DNA of 64,000 nt from Candidatus Altiarchaeota archaeon (GCA_016931955.1 JAFGDV010000002.1:1-64000); one strand, 5' to 3'; shown: positions 9,851 through 20,654, numbered from the stretch's first letter. Numbers and translations are program-made. The notes: generated by a model not told the origin, from the sequence alone.

Positions 9851-11725
9851 CTATATGAATTTCTCAGGGGTTATGTAGTACCCATATTCTTCTCTTGCTT
9901 TTTCCAGCCTCTTTTCCTGCTCCTCCAGTGCCTTCAAGAGGGCTTCTGGTGTGTTCAACACCTTCTCTCTGTAGAACTCCTTCACCCTCTCGATCCTCGA
10001 CAGATTCTCTGGAACCCTGATAGTGAATATCTCAGCATAGGCCTCCTCCTTGAAGCCTTGGTTGACCACCTTCTTGAATAACGGTTTCAGGTCCTCATAT
10101 CTTGGTATTAATCCAACTGGTGTTTTTATGGCTTCGACGTCTTCATGTACTCGAAGCTCCATCCACTTAAGCCAGACCCGCTTCGCCACCTTATCCGTTA
10201 GAGGATTTCCTTCAAAGTCTCTCAGGAAGTAGTTCACTGCAAAAATCTTTGGCACATACCTCAGCCCCTTGCCGAAGTCCAAGTAATTCCAGATGTATCT
10301 GCTCAAGGGTATGGACAGGAAATCATGGTTCGACATGGGATCCAGTTTCCTGACACCTGATTTGCCGAGTGTTGCAGCAGTCGTCTCCGACTCCAAGGAT
10401 GCTCCCATTATAAGAATACCATGCTCCCAATTGAATGCCTCCATAACGGGAACAGAGGTGTGAGAGTCCCGCCCGCCATAGATTATTCCACCGACTTCAA
10501 CACCTTGTGGATCGTCGATCCTTGAATCGATATTAGGTAGAAGCTTCATGTCAAATGTGAACCTGGCGTTTGGGTGCGATGGAGGAATCTCCACGCCTTC
10601 TGAATCCAGTTTTCCGAGAAACCATTCACCTGAGTGGTTGAAGCCTTTTGTGGGTATTCTCCCATTTTTACCGACCCAGTAGGCTTCCCCCGTCTCATTT
10701 ACCAATATATTGGAAAATATTATTTCCCCCGGATGCGTGAGCACCTGATAGATTATGGGATCATCTCGCGAGTTTATTCCGCCGATTACGCCAAAGACGC
10801 CCCTTTCCACGTTCACCGCCCGCAGCTCACCGTCCATCTTCCGGAGGTATGCTATGTCGTCTCCTACGATGGTTTCTCCGGGCATCATCGAGGTCGAGGT
10901 TTTCCCGCACATTGAAGGAAAAGCCCCCAATAGATAGGTCACCCTGTCATTTGGACCATGTGCGCCCATAACCAGCATGTGTTCTGTGAGCCAGCCCTCA
11001 TGCGATGCCAGATGTATCGCAAGTCTCATCGATAGCTTCTTCAATCCAATAGTGTTCCCTCCATATTGTGTGTTCGCAGAGTATACGATGTTTTCTTTCA
11101 TGTCTATGTAGACCCTCCTCCCGTCTATGTTCTTGCTCACTCCCTTCTCAAGCTCGCCTGCGCTGTGAACTAGGAAAAAGAATCTCTCGCTTTCCCCTAT
11201 TTTCCTGAACTGCTCATATCCTGGACGGTAGAGTAGTCCCTCGCTGTGTGCGACATAGGCTGAGTCCGTCAACTGGGCTGCTGGAATCGAGAACTCTGAA
11301 TCTACAGGTCCTAGGCAGAAGAATTTTATGATCAGCTCCTTACCCTCCATGATGTTCTCTATTATTCCTCTGATCTCTCTAAGGCCTTCGTCTCTGTCGA
11401 TGGCGTTTAGGCTGGAGTCGGATTCAATATCTTTGGGTATGAGAAACATCGTCCCTCTCTTGTCTCTCGCCTGATCGTTGTAGCCGTCAAAGTGTACTGT
11501 ATGTCCCTTGATGGAAAGTTTTCTCTCCTCTCCCTTCCGGATGGCCTGCTCTCTTATGTATTCCTCACACCTCGGACTGTCGTCGCAGACGAACACCTTG
11601 GAGGGATTGCAGAGTTCTATGTATTCCTCAATCAATCTATGAAGTCTCTTGTTCCTTATCTCAGAGAGTTTTCTATAACCTTCTTCACCCAGTCTACCCC
11701 TAACCTTCTCTAACATTTTCGGCAT
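9851..11725 (-). CDS. pckG: Phosphoenolpyruvate carboxykinase (GTP)
   Basis: YGGNTIGLKK, GWLTEHM, AFPSMCGKTS P-loop, VGDDIA, HPNARF motifs. Confidence 0.95.
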   Translation of the reverse strand: MPKMLEKVRGRLGEEGYRKLSEIRNKRLHRLIEEYIELCNPSKVFVCDDSPRCEEYIREQAIRKGEERKLSIKGHTVHFDGYNDQARDKRGTMFLIPKDIESDSSLNAIDRDEGLREIRGIIENIMEGKELIIKFFCLGPVDSEFSIPAAQLTDSAYVAHSEGLLYRPGYEQFRKIGESERFFFLVHSAGELEKGVSKNIDGRRVYIDMKENIVYSANTQYGGNTIGLKKLSMRLAIHLASHEGWLTEHMLVMGAHGPNDRVTYLLGAFPSMCGKTSTSMMPGETIVGDDIAYLRKMDGELRAVNVERGVFGVIGGINSRDDPIIYQVLTHPGEIIFSNILVNETGEAYWVGKNGRIPTKGFNHSGEWFLGKLDSEGVEIPPSHPNARFTFDMKLLPNIDSRIDDPQGVEVGGIIYGGRDSHTSVPVMEAFNWEHGILIMGASLESETTAATLGKSGVRKLDPMSNHDFLSIPLSRYIWNYLDFGKGLRYVPKIFAVNYFLRDFEGNPLTDKVAKRVWLKWMELRVHEDVEAIKTPVGLIPRYEDLKPLFKKVVNQGFKEEAYAEIFTIRVPENLSRIERVKEFYREKVLNTPEALLKALEEQEKRLEKAREEYGYYITPEKFI

Positions 11726-11779
11726 AAACTCTAAGGCTGAATTTAACCCCTTATATACTGGTAGGTATTCTTTAAAAAA

Positions 11780-13408
11780 CTAACCACCGAACATCAGCAG
11801 CTCGGGTTTGAAGATCAGGATCAATCCAAGAGACAGCATTATAATGCCCCCCACCAACTTAAGGATCCTCCCCTGTGTTTCGTTCAGCCTCTCAGACTTG
11901 AAGGAGTATACGAAGCTTCCAAGGATTGCGAAGAGGGGTATGACGTAGACTGCTGCATAGAAGGCTGTGAGGATGATGTAGGACAGGGGATTGTTGGGGT
12001 AATTGACCAGCATGGTTTCTATGTACTCCATGGGCAGGATGAACGTGCACCCAAGCTCCACAAGGTTTACCATGGCAGCTAACGCCATTGTTGCCACCGC
12101 CGCGAACAGCAGGTCTCGCTTGGACCTTGCGTTATTCACTTCTCTGACGAGTGCGCCTATTCTCTTGAATATCTTGCCCTGTTTTTCGGCTGACATCGTA
12201 AGCGACACTCCTTTCTTGAAGAAGAAGAAGTCTTTGATGTTTATTATCCCAGCCACCATGGCTATCACTGCAACCAAATACCTGATTATCTCCTTGTATT
12301 CTCCCAGGAGCTCGGTTCTCAGGAACAACAAAACGATGATGAAGAGGAAGTACATGAAGCCAGATGTTAGGATGAATATGGAACCGATGAAGAGCATCTT
12401 TTTCCTTGAGCGCGTATGCGTTAGTATGGACAGCAGGAATGCGAGCACTGCGAAGGCGCATGGGTTGAAGCCGTCAACCAACGCTATGATGAAGGTGAAT
12501 ACTGGGAACGAGAACTGTTTTGCGTAGGCGACTATGTTCATTGAGGGAAGGGATTCAAAGTAGGTGAAGACAAGGGCTATTATAACAAGCAGATACAACG
12601 AGATCCAGTATCTCCTCTGAACGCATGCCCCGAAGACCATGTATGCTACTGGCACGAGCACAAGCAGGACTGCTACTGCAATCACCAGATAATTCGGCTC
12701 GTGGAGGGGGGGCTTCACCAATCCTTCTATCTTGCTCGTCGGTTCTTCGGCGCTTATAACATCCCCTGTCTTAGCATCAAGCTTTACAAGGATGTTAGGG
12801 TAGTTGATGTCTGATTTGATTCTTTCTGGAGTCCACCAGGCAACAAGGTAGACGTCATCGGTCAAGACGACATTCGCTATAACGTCTTTGTGTGAGGAAG
12901 TCAGGTTGCATACGAGGCAGTTTTTTCTCGCAGTCTCCAGTGCGTCTGCCTTTGAGATAACCGTCGAGAAATTCATCAGCTGCCTTACTGCGTTCTCTAT
13001 TTGGTTAGGGCATCCCACGTAGGCATTATATCCCTGATACCAGACGAGGTCGCAGTCCTCTGTATTAAAGCCCACAAATACCGTATTCCCTATGAATGTG
13101 CGAGGCACTCCAACCGCGATTGTATCATATCTCTCACAGAATTCCTCGAACAGCTCCCGGTTTTCTGCTGAATCATAGTAGTTTATCTTCAATTGAGGGT
13201 ACTTTTCCCCGAGTTTATGCAGGTATTCTTTTTCTTCAGCGCAGTGTGGACAAGATTTGTCGAAGAAGAAGTATATCTCCGCATCACTGTCGCTTATCTG
13301 AGCGTCTGCAAGGATGGATGCGATACATATAGACACCAGGGCCAGCGTAAGGAACAATACCATGCCATCCCTTAACCTGCTTTTAATCCCCTTATCAGGA
13401 TACAACAT
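11780..13408 (-). CDS. Thioredoxin/glutaredoxin-like domain fused to a CcdA/DsbD-type membrane domain
   Basis: Signal/anchor helix, CPHC and VP motifs, and a membrane domain with DGFNPCA and VELGCT cysteines. Confidence 0.8.
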   Translation of the reverse strand: MLYPDKGIKSRLRDGMVLFLTLALVSICIASILADAQISDSDAEIYFFFDKSCPHCAEEKEYLHKLGEKYPQLKINYYDSAENRELFEEFCERYDTIAVGVPRTFIGNTVFVGFNTEDCDLVWYQGYNAYVGCPNQIENAVRQLMNFSTVISKADALETARKNCLVCNLTSSHKDVIANVVLTDDVYLVAWWTPERIKSDINYPNILVKLDAKTGDVISAEEPTSKIEGLVKPPLHEPNYLVIAVAVLLVLVPVAYMVFGACVQRRYWISLYLLVIIALVFTYFESLPSMNIVAYAKQFSFPVFTFIIALVDGFNPCAFAVLAFLLSILTHTRSRKKMLFIGSIFILTSGFMYFLFIIVLLFLRTELLGEYKEIIRYLVAVIAMVAGIINIKDFFFFKKGVSLTMSAEKQGKIFKRIGALVREVNNARSKRDLLFAAVATMALAAMVNLVELGCTFILPMEYIETMLVNYPNNPLSYIILTAFYAAVYVIPLFAILGSFVYSFKSERLNETQGRILKLVGGIIMLSLGLILIFKPELLMFGG

Positions 13409-13460
13409 TTTAGAATATTAAGATTTTTCATTTAAGTATGACCGACAACGACTTCTTTTT

Positions 13461-14216
13461 TTGTCTCATACAATATTATTGACTGTGGCAGGAAATTTCA
13501 TAGGCACCTCGGGCTGGAGCTATGATCACTGGGCGAACCAGTTCTACCCCAAAGACTTGAACAAGAACCGGTGGCTTGAATTTTACACAGAAAACCTTGA
13601 TTCAGTGGAACTGAATGCCTCCTTCTATAGGCTGCCGAAGAAAAAGACCTTCGAGAACTGGTGGGAGAGAACCCCTGACTGTTTTACTTTCTCCGTTAAG
13701 ATGAGCAGGTACGTGACCCACGTGAAGAGGCTTCTCGACCCAGAAGATTCCCTCAAGGTCTTTTTTGACGCAGTCGGCGGCTTAGGAGAGAAATGCTCTA
13801 CAGTCTTGATCCAGCTGCCGCCCAGCCTCGGGTTCGAAACCGGAAGAGTCAACACATTCCTGGAAGAATTAACCGTCAAGTACGGAGACTACCGATTCAC
13901 CTTCGAATGCAGACATCAGTCCTGGTTCAATGATGGAGTCTATGACCTCCTCAGGAGGTATGGGATCGCCCTTTGTATCTCAGACACACCCTGTTATCCC
14001 TATTCTGAGGAGGTTACCTCTGGTTTTGTCTACGTCAGACTGCACGGCCACGAGCAGCTTTATGCCTCAGACTACAGCGACCAACAACTCAGGGAGTGGG
14101 CTGACAAGATCAGGGCCTGGAACATCGGGGGTAAAGATGTATTCATCTACTTCGATAATGACGCTAATGCTTATGCAGTAAAGAATGCTTTAAGGCTCAG
14201 GGAACTCCTAGAGTGA
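13461..14216 (+). CDS. DUF72 (YecE) family protein
   Basis: IGTSGWSY, VELNASFY, YVRLHG, YFDND motifs; the true start may be a few codons downstream. Confidence 0.9.
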   Translation: MSHTILLTVAGNFIGTSGWSYDHWANQFYPKDLNKNRWLEFYTENLDSVELNASFYRLPKKKTFENWWERTPDCFTFSVKMSRYVTHVKRLLDPEDSLKVFFDAVGGLGEKCSTVLIQLPPSLGFETGRVNTFLEELTVKYGDYRFTFECRHQSWFNDGVYDLLRRYGIALCISDTPCYPYSEEVTSGFVYVRLHGHEQLYASDYSDQQLREWADKIRAWNIGGKDVFIYFDNDANAYAVKNALRLRELLE

Positions 14217-14669
14217 TTACTTTCTTGCGCCGCCGATTACTGCGCCAATAGCTCCAACTATGAAGCCTAAAACAGGTCCTAAGAGAGCAAATATCACAAC
14301 CTTTGCAAAGACGCCCAGTAAAGCGCCGAGGAAGTACTCTATTAGTGGGTATCCAATCAAGAACTGCTCTATAACCCTGAGCGTTAATGCCTTAACCGCC
14401 TCAAAGAGGGCTGCGATAATCCCCGTAGAGAATCCAGCGAGTAATCCAGCAATCCCTCCGGCTGCTATGGTTCCGCTGTGTTTTTTGGCGGCAGACCATC
14501 CGATGTAGAGGTAGATCATGAGGCCAACTCCCATACCAAAGAGGGTTGGGAACCATGCAATGATCGTAAATATTCGAGAATCCATGCCCAGCATCCAGAG
14601 TAAAGCCAACAATCTGAGAACGAAATCGACAAAGGTATAAAGGAGAGACCACAGGAGGTATATCAACAC
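14217..14669 (-). CDS. Hypothetical Gly-rich membrane protein (possibly truncated by an upstream in-frame TAG)
   Basis: About four TM helices with GxxxG repeats. An upstream ATG at 14720 is in frame but separated by TAG at 14685-14687. Confidence 0.65.
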   Translation of the reverse strand: MLIYLLWSLLYTFVDFVLRLLALLWMLGMDSRIFTIIAWFPTLFGMGVGLMIYLYIGWSAAKKHSGTIAAGGIAGLLAGFSTGIIAALFEAVKALTLRVIEQFLIGYPLIEYFLGALLGVFAKVVIFALLGPVLGFIVGAIGAVIGGARK

Positions 14670-14828
14670 TGGAATCTTTATTATCTAGAGATACTCCCTA
14701 AATGTTTTGTCGCCGATCATGAGTCATCAAGCTATTATTTTCCCTCCCCGTTTAAATACTTGATGCCGAGATAATTTTTAAAGGACGAAACTCAATTATA
14801 GTGATAGATTACTTCTAAGGGGGATAAG

Positions 14829-15014
14829 ATGACTCAGATAAAGATTGACAAAGAGAAGTGTGTTGGCTGCGGCACCTGCGTTGAGACTTGCCCTGTCAAC
14901 TTGTATGCCATGGACGGTGACAAAGCCGCTTTCGTCGGCGACGTAGACGACTGTCTGATCTGCAGAGCATGCGAGGCCGCATGTCCGGCAGCAGCAATAG
15001 AGGTAATAGAATAA
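14829..15014 (+). CDS. 2[4Fe-4S] ferredoxin
   Basis: Two CxxCxxCxxxCP motifs in 61 aa; preceded by an SD-like GGGGG and an upstream TATA box. Confidence 0.95.
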   Translation: MTQIKIDKEKCVGCGTCVETCPVNLYAMDGDKAAFVGDVDDCLICRACEAACPAAAIEVIE

Positions 15015-15028
15015 GACTTTTTCTATCT

Positions 15029-15058
15029 AAAAAAAAGGGGGCAGGGTTTATACTGCCC
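15029..15058 (-). terminator. Hairpin plus T8 terminator of the downstream acs copy
   Basis: Stem gggcag (15039-15044) / ctgccc (15053-15058); A8 on the plus strand at 15029-15036. Confidence 0.55.
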
Positions 15059-16997
15059 TGTCCAGTTCTTCCACCGCTTCTGGGTTCGCAAGCGTTGATA
15101 TGTCTCCCACGTCTTCTCCAAGAACCTTGGCCTTGATGACTCTCCTCATTATCTTTCCGCTTCTTGTCTTAGGGAGGTCATTGACGAACTTCACAGTGGA
15201 AGGCTTCGCTATCGCTCCCAATTCTTTCCCAACATGGATCCTCAGTTCTTCCTTAAGCTCTGGTGAGGAATTAACTCCTCGTTTCAGTATGACTAAGGCT
15301 TCTATAGCTTCTCCCTTTATAGGGTCTGGCTTCCCCACCACAGCCGCCTCTGCAACAGCCGGATGGCTTACGAGAGCGGATTCGACTTCTGCGCTCCCAA
15401 TCCTGTGGCCTGCAACCTTCAGGACGTCATCAGACCTCCCCTGAATCCAGAAATATCCCTCCTCATCTCTCCTTGCCATGTCGCCTGTCAGATAAACCCC
15501 TGGAAACATAGACCAATACTGTTTATGGTATCTATCAGGATCCCCGTAGACTGTCCTTATCATGGAGGGCCATGGCTTCTTTATCACAAGGTATCCTCCC
15601 TTGTTGGTTATCGACTTACCGTCTTCGTTGTATATGTCTGCTTCAATCCCTGGAAGCGGCTTTGTCGCTGAGCCCGGTTTCAGGGGAGTAACTGGATAGG
15701 GGGATATCATAAAGTTTCCTGTTTCGGTCTGCCACCAGGTGTCCATGATGGGGCATCTTCCCCCGCCAATCATCTGGTGGTACCATACCCATGCCTCGGG
15801 ATTGATCGGTTCACCGACGCTTCCAAGCAGCCTCAAGGAGCTGATGTCGTGTTTCTTTAGCCATTCGTCGCCGAACTTCATGAACATCCGGATAAGTGTA
15901 GGAGCTGTATAGAATATGGTTACCTTGTATCTCTCCACTATCTCCCACATCCTATCCTGTGCCGGATAATCCGGGGCACCCTCGTACATAACTGAGGTCG
16001 CACCTGCCATCAGCGGTGCATACACTATATATGAGTGTCCAGTAACCCAACCAACGTCTGCTGTACACCACCACACATCCCCCCCCCTGAGGTCGAACAC
16101 GTACTTGAGTGTTGTATATACACCGACGGAGTAGCCTCCGTGAACGTGTACTACTCCTTTAGGCTTTCCTGTGGTTCCGGAGGTGTAGAGTATGAATAGC
16201 GGGTCCTCAGAGTCCATTACTTCCGTCTCACACTCTGTGCTTTCATTTTTTACCAGTTCATGCCACCACATGTCCCTGTCTTTCATCGCTACTTCGTTGC
16301 CTGCGTGCTTCACAACAATAAGTCGTTCAACGGCCGGCGCATTCTGTATGGCTTCGTCAGCGCTCTCTTTTAGTGGAACAACACCTCCCCTCCGATAGAA
16401 GCCGTCTACTGTAATTGCTATCTTAGCTCCCGCGTCATTGACCCTCTGCGCGAATGCCTTAGCACTGAACCCGGAGAATACCACTGAGTGTATGGCTCCG
16501 ATCCTAGCACATGCGAGCATGGCTATTGGCAGCTCTGGTATCATAGGCAGATAGATGCTTACCCTGTCTCCCTTCTTCACTCCCAGTCTTTTAAGTGCAT
16601 TAGCGAACCGATTAACCTCTTTATACAGGTCTTCATAGGTCAGTCTCCTGAGCCTGCCGTCCTCGCTCTCCCAGATGTATGCTATCTTCTCCCTCACACC
16701 GGTTTTCATGTGGCGGTCAAGTGCGTTGTGCACTATGTTGCACTTTGCGCCGATAAACCATTTAGCATCTGGAGGATTCCACTCTAGAACATCATCCCAT
16801 GGCTTGTACCATTCCAGCTCCTTGGCCATCTCCTCCCAAAACCATCTATGATCTTCTGCCTTCTCCAGCAGTTCATTGTATGACTTTATATTATGCTCAT
16901 CCATCCACTTTTTGATGTTGCTATCCTCAACTATCCCCTTGGAGGGTTTGAAAACCCTTTTTTCTTTCAATAAAACGTCTAGGTCTTTTTTCTCCAT
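15048..16997 (-). CDS. acsA: AMP-forming acetyl-CoA synthetase (copy 1)
   Basis: [42 protein letters not shown] motifs. Start is ATG 16997 or GTG 17006. Confidence 0.95.
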   Translation of the reverse strand: MEKKDLDVLLKEKRVFKPSKGIVEDSNIKKWMDEHNIKSYNELLEKAEDHRWFWEEMAKELEWYKPWDDVLEWNPPDAKWFIGAKCNIVHNALDRHMKTGVREKIAYIWESEDGRLRRLTYEDLYKEVNRFANALKRLGVKKGDRVSIYLPMIPELPIAMLACARIGAIHSVVFSGFSAKAFAQRVNDAGAKIAITVDGFYRRGGVVPLKESADEAIQNAPAVERLIVVKHAGNEVAMKDRDMWWHELVKNESTECETEVMDSEDPLFILYTSGTTGKPKGVVHVHGGYSVGVYTTLKYVFDLRGGDVWWCTADVGWVTGHSYIVYAPLMAGATSVMYEGAPDYPAQDRMWEIVERYKVTIFYTAPTLIRMFMKFGDEWLKKHDISSLRLLGSVGEPINPEAWVWYHQMIGGGRCPIMDTWWQTETGNFMISPYPVTPLKPGSATKPLPGIEADIYNEDGKSITNKGGYLVIKKPWPSMIRTVYGDPDRYHKQYWSMFPGVYLTGDMARRDEEGYFWIQGRSDDVLKVAGHRIGSAEVESALVSHPAVAEAAVVGKPDPIKGEAIEALVILKRGVNSSPELKEELRIHVGKELGAIAKPSTVKFVNDLPKTRSGKIMRRVIKAKVLGEDVGDISTLANPEAVEELDRAV

Positions 16998-17158
16998 ATT
17001 TTGCACCCTACTACGGCTTTATAAGGAACCCCCTTAGGTAAAACACACAGGAGGTATTGCATCACAACGAATGCAGTTAATTATATGAGCCAGTATTTAA
17101 AGCCATCTGTTTCTGTTCTATCGACCTGTTTAAGTGAATTTTTTGCTTAGGTACTGGT

Positions 17159-17192
17159 AAAAAAAAGGGTGCGTCGGATCTATTCGACGCAC
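17159..17192 (-). terminator. Hairpin plus T8 terminator after the upstream acs copy
   Basis: 8-bp stem gtgcgtcg (17169-17176) / cgacgcac (17185-17192); A8 at 17159-17166; lies just past the stop at 17200. Confidence 0.7.
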
Positions 17193-17199
17193 ACCAATC

Positions 17200-19257
17200 C
17201 TATTTGCCAGTTTTTTCCATGACCTGTTTCAGGTATTTGTAGGCTTTCTCTGCTTCCTCGATGGCCGTTTTATCCTCTAAGGTGGTTACGTCCCCCATCT
17301 TTGCCCCGACAGCAACCGACTTCAGCAGTCTTCTCATGATTTTTCCGGATCTTGTCTTCGGCACCATGTCGACGAAGAGTATGCTTGCATCGGATGCTAC
17401 CATCGGACCGATGGTCTTCCTCAAGTGCAATTTGAGATCGGTTTCAAGATCCTGGCTTGCCATGAACCCCTGTTTTAGAACTGTGAATATCAACGGCACC
17501 TCGCCCTTCACTTCGTTGGGTCTTCCTATGCAGGCTGCCTCTGCGACTGCTGGATGTAGGATCATGGCTGACTCCACCTCAGCTGTTCCAACACGGTGGC
17601 CTGCTATCTTCAGGATGTCGTCAGCCCTTCCAAGAACCCACACGTATCCGTCTTTGTCCTTGACTGCGAAGTCTCCCGTATAGAAGTACCACTTTTTTTC
17701 CTCTTTTTTGCTGAACTTCGACCAATAGATTTCCACGTATCTTTCAGGGTCCTTGTATAGTGTCATGAACATGCCAGGCCAAGGTAGGGTTACTGCGAAA
17801 TATCCCCTGTCTCCAAGCTTGCATGGGTTTCCTTCTTCGTCGAGCACTTCCATTTTCACACCAGGGAACGGGTAACCGTTTGTTCCAGGCTTTAGCGGGA
17901 ATATCCTCCCTAATCCAGGGAAGTGTCCGGTCAACATCTGACCAGTCTCTGTCATCCACCAGGTGCTTGATGCGACAACATCTCCTCTGCCAACGTTTGA
18001 GTAATACCACCTGAACGCCTCTGGGTTTATCGGCTCCCCAACGGAATGGAATATCCTCAAAGTTGATATGTCATGTTTCTTTATGAGATCTAATGGAAAC
18101 TTCATCAGCATCCTTACCGCAGTCGGGCTTGTGTAGAAGACTGTTGTCCCATACCTTTCTATGATGCTCCACCACCTGTCTGGTGCAGGATAGTCTGGAG
18201 CGCCTTCATACATTATCGACGTTGCTCCTGTCATCAGGGGTCCGTAGACTATGTAGCTGTGTCCTGTAACCCAACCAACGTCTGCGGCACACCAGTAGAC
18301 GTCATCGTCTCTTATGTCAAAGATAAGCTTCATTGTCGCATAGAGTCCGACTGCATATCCTCCTATGCTGTGTTGAACCCCCTTCGGGGCACCTGTTGTT
18401 CCAGATGTATATAATATGTAGGAAAAATCCTCCGCTCCCATCTCTTCCACTTCGACCTTCACGTTCTCTGATATGTGTTTTATGAAATCGTGATGCCAGA
18501 CATCTTTTTTCTTGTTCCACGGCACTGCTGCCCTGTCTGTTCTCCTGACGACGATTACCTTTTCTATCTTATGCCCTCTTTCTTCACATATTGCTACGGC
18601 TTCATCAACAATCTCTTTGAGTTCCACTATCTTCCCTCTCCTGTATAAGCCGTCTGATGTAACGATTATCTTCGAGCCTGCTGCTATGGCTCTTTCAGCG
18701 AGTGCTAGTGCACTGAATCCACTGTAGACTATGCTGTGTTTAGCCCCAATCCTCTGAACTGCCAACATATATAGCGGCATTTCCGGGATCATTGGCAGGT
18801 AGAAGGTCAGTATATCCCCTCTTTTAACCCTCATTTCTTCTTTCAGTGCATATGCAATCCTGTTTGATTCCCTATATAAATCATAGAACGTGAACTTTCT
18901 GACTTCTCTTGGAGCTTTTAGTATTTCGTCGAATAGCTCTCCTTCCCATATCAGTGCTACCTTGTTTTTTCTTCCCTGCTGTATCTGCCAGTCCAAACAC
19001 AGATAGGCTATGTTTGTTTCCCCGCCAACAAACCACCTGTAGAATGGAGGATTGCTGTCGTCTAAGACGGTATTCCATTTTTTGAACCATGAAAGCTTTT
19101 CCGCCCAGTCATTCCACCATTTCTCTACCGACTTCTTGTTTTCTACTATCCCTTTATAAAACTTTTTGTAGTCTTCTACCTTCCACTCCCTGTCCTTCCA
19201 TGAGGGGGGTATCATATAATGCTCAAATTCTTCATAGACTTTCTCTCCATCTGCCAT
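17200..19257 (-). CDS. acsA: AMP-forming acetyl-CoA synthetase (copy 2)
   Basis: [42 protein letters not shown] motifs. ATG 19257 follows a GAGGTGA SD. Confidence 0.93.
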   Translation of the reverse strand: MADGEKVYEEFEHYMIPPSWKDREWKVEDYKKFYKGIVENKKSVEKWWNDWAEKLSWFKKWNTVLDDSNPPFYRWFVGGETNIAYLCLDWQIQQGRKNKVALIWEGELFDEILKAPREVRKFTFYDLYRESNRIAYALKEEMRVKRGDILTFYLPMIPEMPLYMLAVQRIGAKHSIVYSGFSALALAERAIAAGSKIIVTSDGLYRRGKIVELKEIVDEAVAICEERGHKIEKVIVVRRTDRAAVPWNKKKDVWHHDFIKHISENVKVEVEEMGAEDFSYILYTSGTTGAPKGVQHSIGGYAVGLYATMKLIFDIRDDDVYWCAADVGWVTGHSYIVYGPLMTGATSIMYEGAPDYPAPDRWWSIIERYGTTVFYTSPTAVRMLMKFPLDLIKKHDISTLRIFHSVGEPINPEAFRWYYSNVGRGDVVASSTWWMTETGQMLTGHFPGLGRIFPLKPGTNGYPFPGVKMEVLDEEGNPCKLGDRGYFAVTLPWPGMFMTLYKDPERYVEIYWSKFSKKEEKKWYFYTGDFAVKDKDGYVWVLGRADDILKIAGHRVGTAEVESAMILHPAVAEAACIGRPNEVKGEVPLIFTVLKQGFMASQDLETDLKLHLRKTIGPMVASDASILFVDMVPKTRSGKIMRRLLKSVAVGAKMGDVTTLEDKTAIEEAEKAYKYLKQVMEKTGK

Positions 19258-19271
19258 GTTTTTCACCTCAT

Positions 19272-20615
19272 TTATCCTTTTTTTTCAGGTTCCGGCGGTT
19301 TCACGAATAAAGCCATTAATGCAGCTATTCCAACCAACAAGCCGATGATAATTCCGGGCATCGTATAGCCTCCAACCGATGCTGTTGCTGGAACCATGTT
19401 TGCTGACAGCATTGGTCCGAGGATTCCTCCCACACCGTATGCAGTGAATACTGCGCCATAGTTGACACCAACGTTTTTAGTACCGAAAAAGTCCGCCGTC
19501 GCCGACGGGAACAGAGCGAAGTTGGCGCCGAAACATACCCCTATCAAGGCCATGACGGCATACACTGCAAGAGTGGACAACGTCGCAGTATATACCAGGG
19601 TGGATACAAGAACTGCCTGCACTGCAAACAGTACGAACATCGTCTTTGTCCTTCCTATTTGATCAGAAAGCCATCCAGCGAAGATCCTCCCAACCCCGTT
19701 GAATATGGCCAGCACGCTTACAGCCAAAGCCCCTTCCAAGCCAGCCGCAGCCGCCGGGAAGTCGTGCACCGTTTCGAAGGTCAACGAGGCGAAGTTCTTT
19801 AGAAACCCTATGACCATAAGGCCTGCTGATGCTGAAAACGTGAACATTACCCAGAGCAACCAGAACTGCCTCATCTTAATGATCTCTGAGATACTAAATT
19901 CCTTGTATGCGTGCGTAACCGCCTTCTTTACCTTCGTTGGATCCCAGCCCTCTGGTTTCCAGCCTTCGGGGGGGTTTTTTAGTAGCATTGCCCCAATACA
20001 GACTACTATGATAAATAAAACCCCCAATGTCAGGAATGTGCTCTGCAGCCCTATTCCCGCTAAACCATTTAACCCGGGGAGATTGAATATTGAAGCGACT
20101 ATTGGCTGTATTAATCCGGTTGGTTGGGCGGGCACGCCGCTTATCAATATCTCAGCCATCGGTGCTAGAAGCACCGAACCGAAGCCGAAGCCGAATACCA
20201 TTAACCCCATCACCAGCCCTCTCTTGTCTGGGAACCATTTACTTCCTGCGGCTATTGGTGCATTGTAAGCAAACCCTACACCAGAACCTGCTAGAACCCC
20301 GTATGTTATATACATCAGTATGTTGTCTTGTACAGATAAGCTTGAGGCTATGAATCCTAATCCGAGGAGCAGACCGCCTATTAGTGCTATTAACCTTGGG
20401 CCTTTTTTGTCTTGTATTCTGCCCGCTAGGGGCATGGTCACCGCGAAAAAGAGGAGCATGATGGAGAACGCCAGTCTTTCATCCGTCACCGCCCATTTGA
20501 AGTCCTTCTGTAGTGCGGCGCCGAAGATGCTCCATGTGTAGGTCACCCCGAGCATTAAGTTGATCAGTATTCCACCTACGACGATAAGCCACCTGTTGCT
20601 TTTAGAAGATCCCAT
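19272..20615 (-). CDS. MFS transporter, oxalate:formate antiporter (OFA) family
   Basis: YTWSIF, GRIQDKKGPR, KWFPDKRG, GWLSDQIGR, FFGTKNVGVNYG motifs; about 12 TM. Confidence 0.9.
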   Translation of the reverse strand: MGSSKSNRWLIVVGGILINLMLGVTYTWSIFGAALQKDFKWAVTDERLAFSIMLLFFAVTMPLAGRIQDKKGPRLIALIGGLLLGLGFIASSLSVQDNILMYITYGVLAGSGVGFAYNAPIAAGSKWFPDKRGLVMGLMVFGFGFGSVLLAPMAEILISGVPAQPTGLIQPIVASIFNLPGLNGLAGIGLQSTFLTLGVLFIIVVCIGAMLLKNPPEGWKPEGWDPTKVKKAVTHAYKEFSISEIIKMRQFWLLWVMFTFSASAGLMVIGFLKNFASLTFETVHDFPAAAAGLEGALAVSVLAIFNGVGRIFAGWLSDQIGRTKTMFVLFAVQAVLVSTLVYTATLSTLAVYAVMALIGVCFGANFALFPSATADFFGTKNVGVNYGAVFTAYGVGGILGPMLSANMVPATASVGGYTMPGIIIGLLVGIAALMALFVKPPEPEKKG

Positions 20616-20638
20616 GGTGTCACCTTCACAGTAATTTA

Positions 20639-20654
20639 TAATGATTAATCATTA
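20639..20654. promoter_or_regulatory. Perfect 16-bp palindrome, candidate repressor operator of the OFA-acs operon
   Basis: TAATGATTAATCATTA lies between the TATA box (TTTATAAA, 20665-20672) and the SD; a near-identical copy lies upstream of hdrA. Confidence 0.6.

Noticed and set aside
14725-14765. Inverted repeat CATCAAG...CTTGATG between divergent genes
   Set aside because: The arms are only 7 bp with a long spacer and there is no second instance, so it is plausibly chance.
17159-17195. GC hairpin as a tRNA fragment or attachment site
   Set aside because: No cloverleaf or T-loop and no integrase nearby; its position after a stop and next to a T-run fits a terminator.
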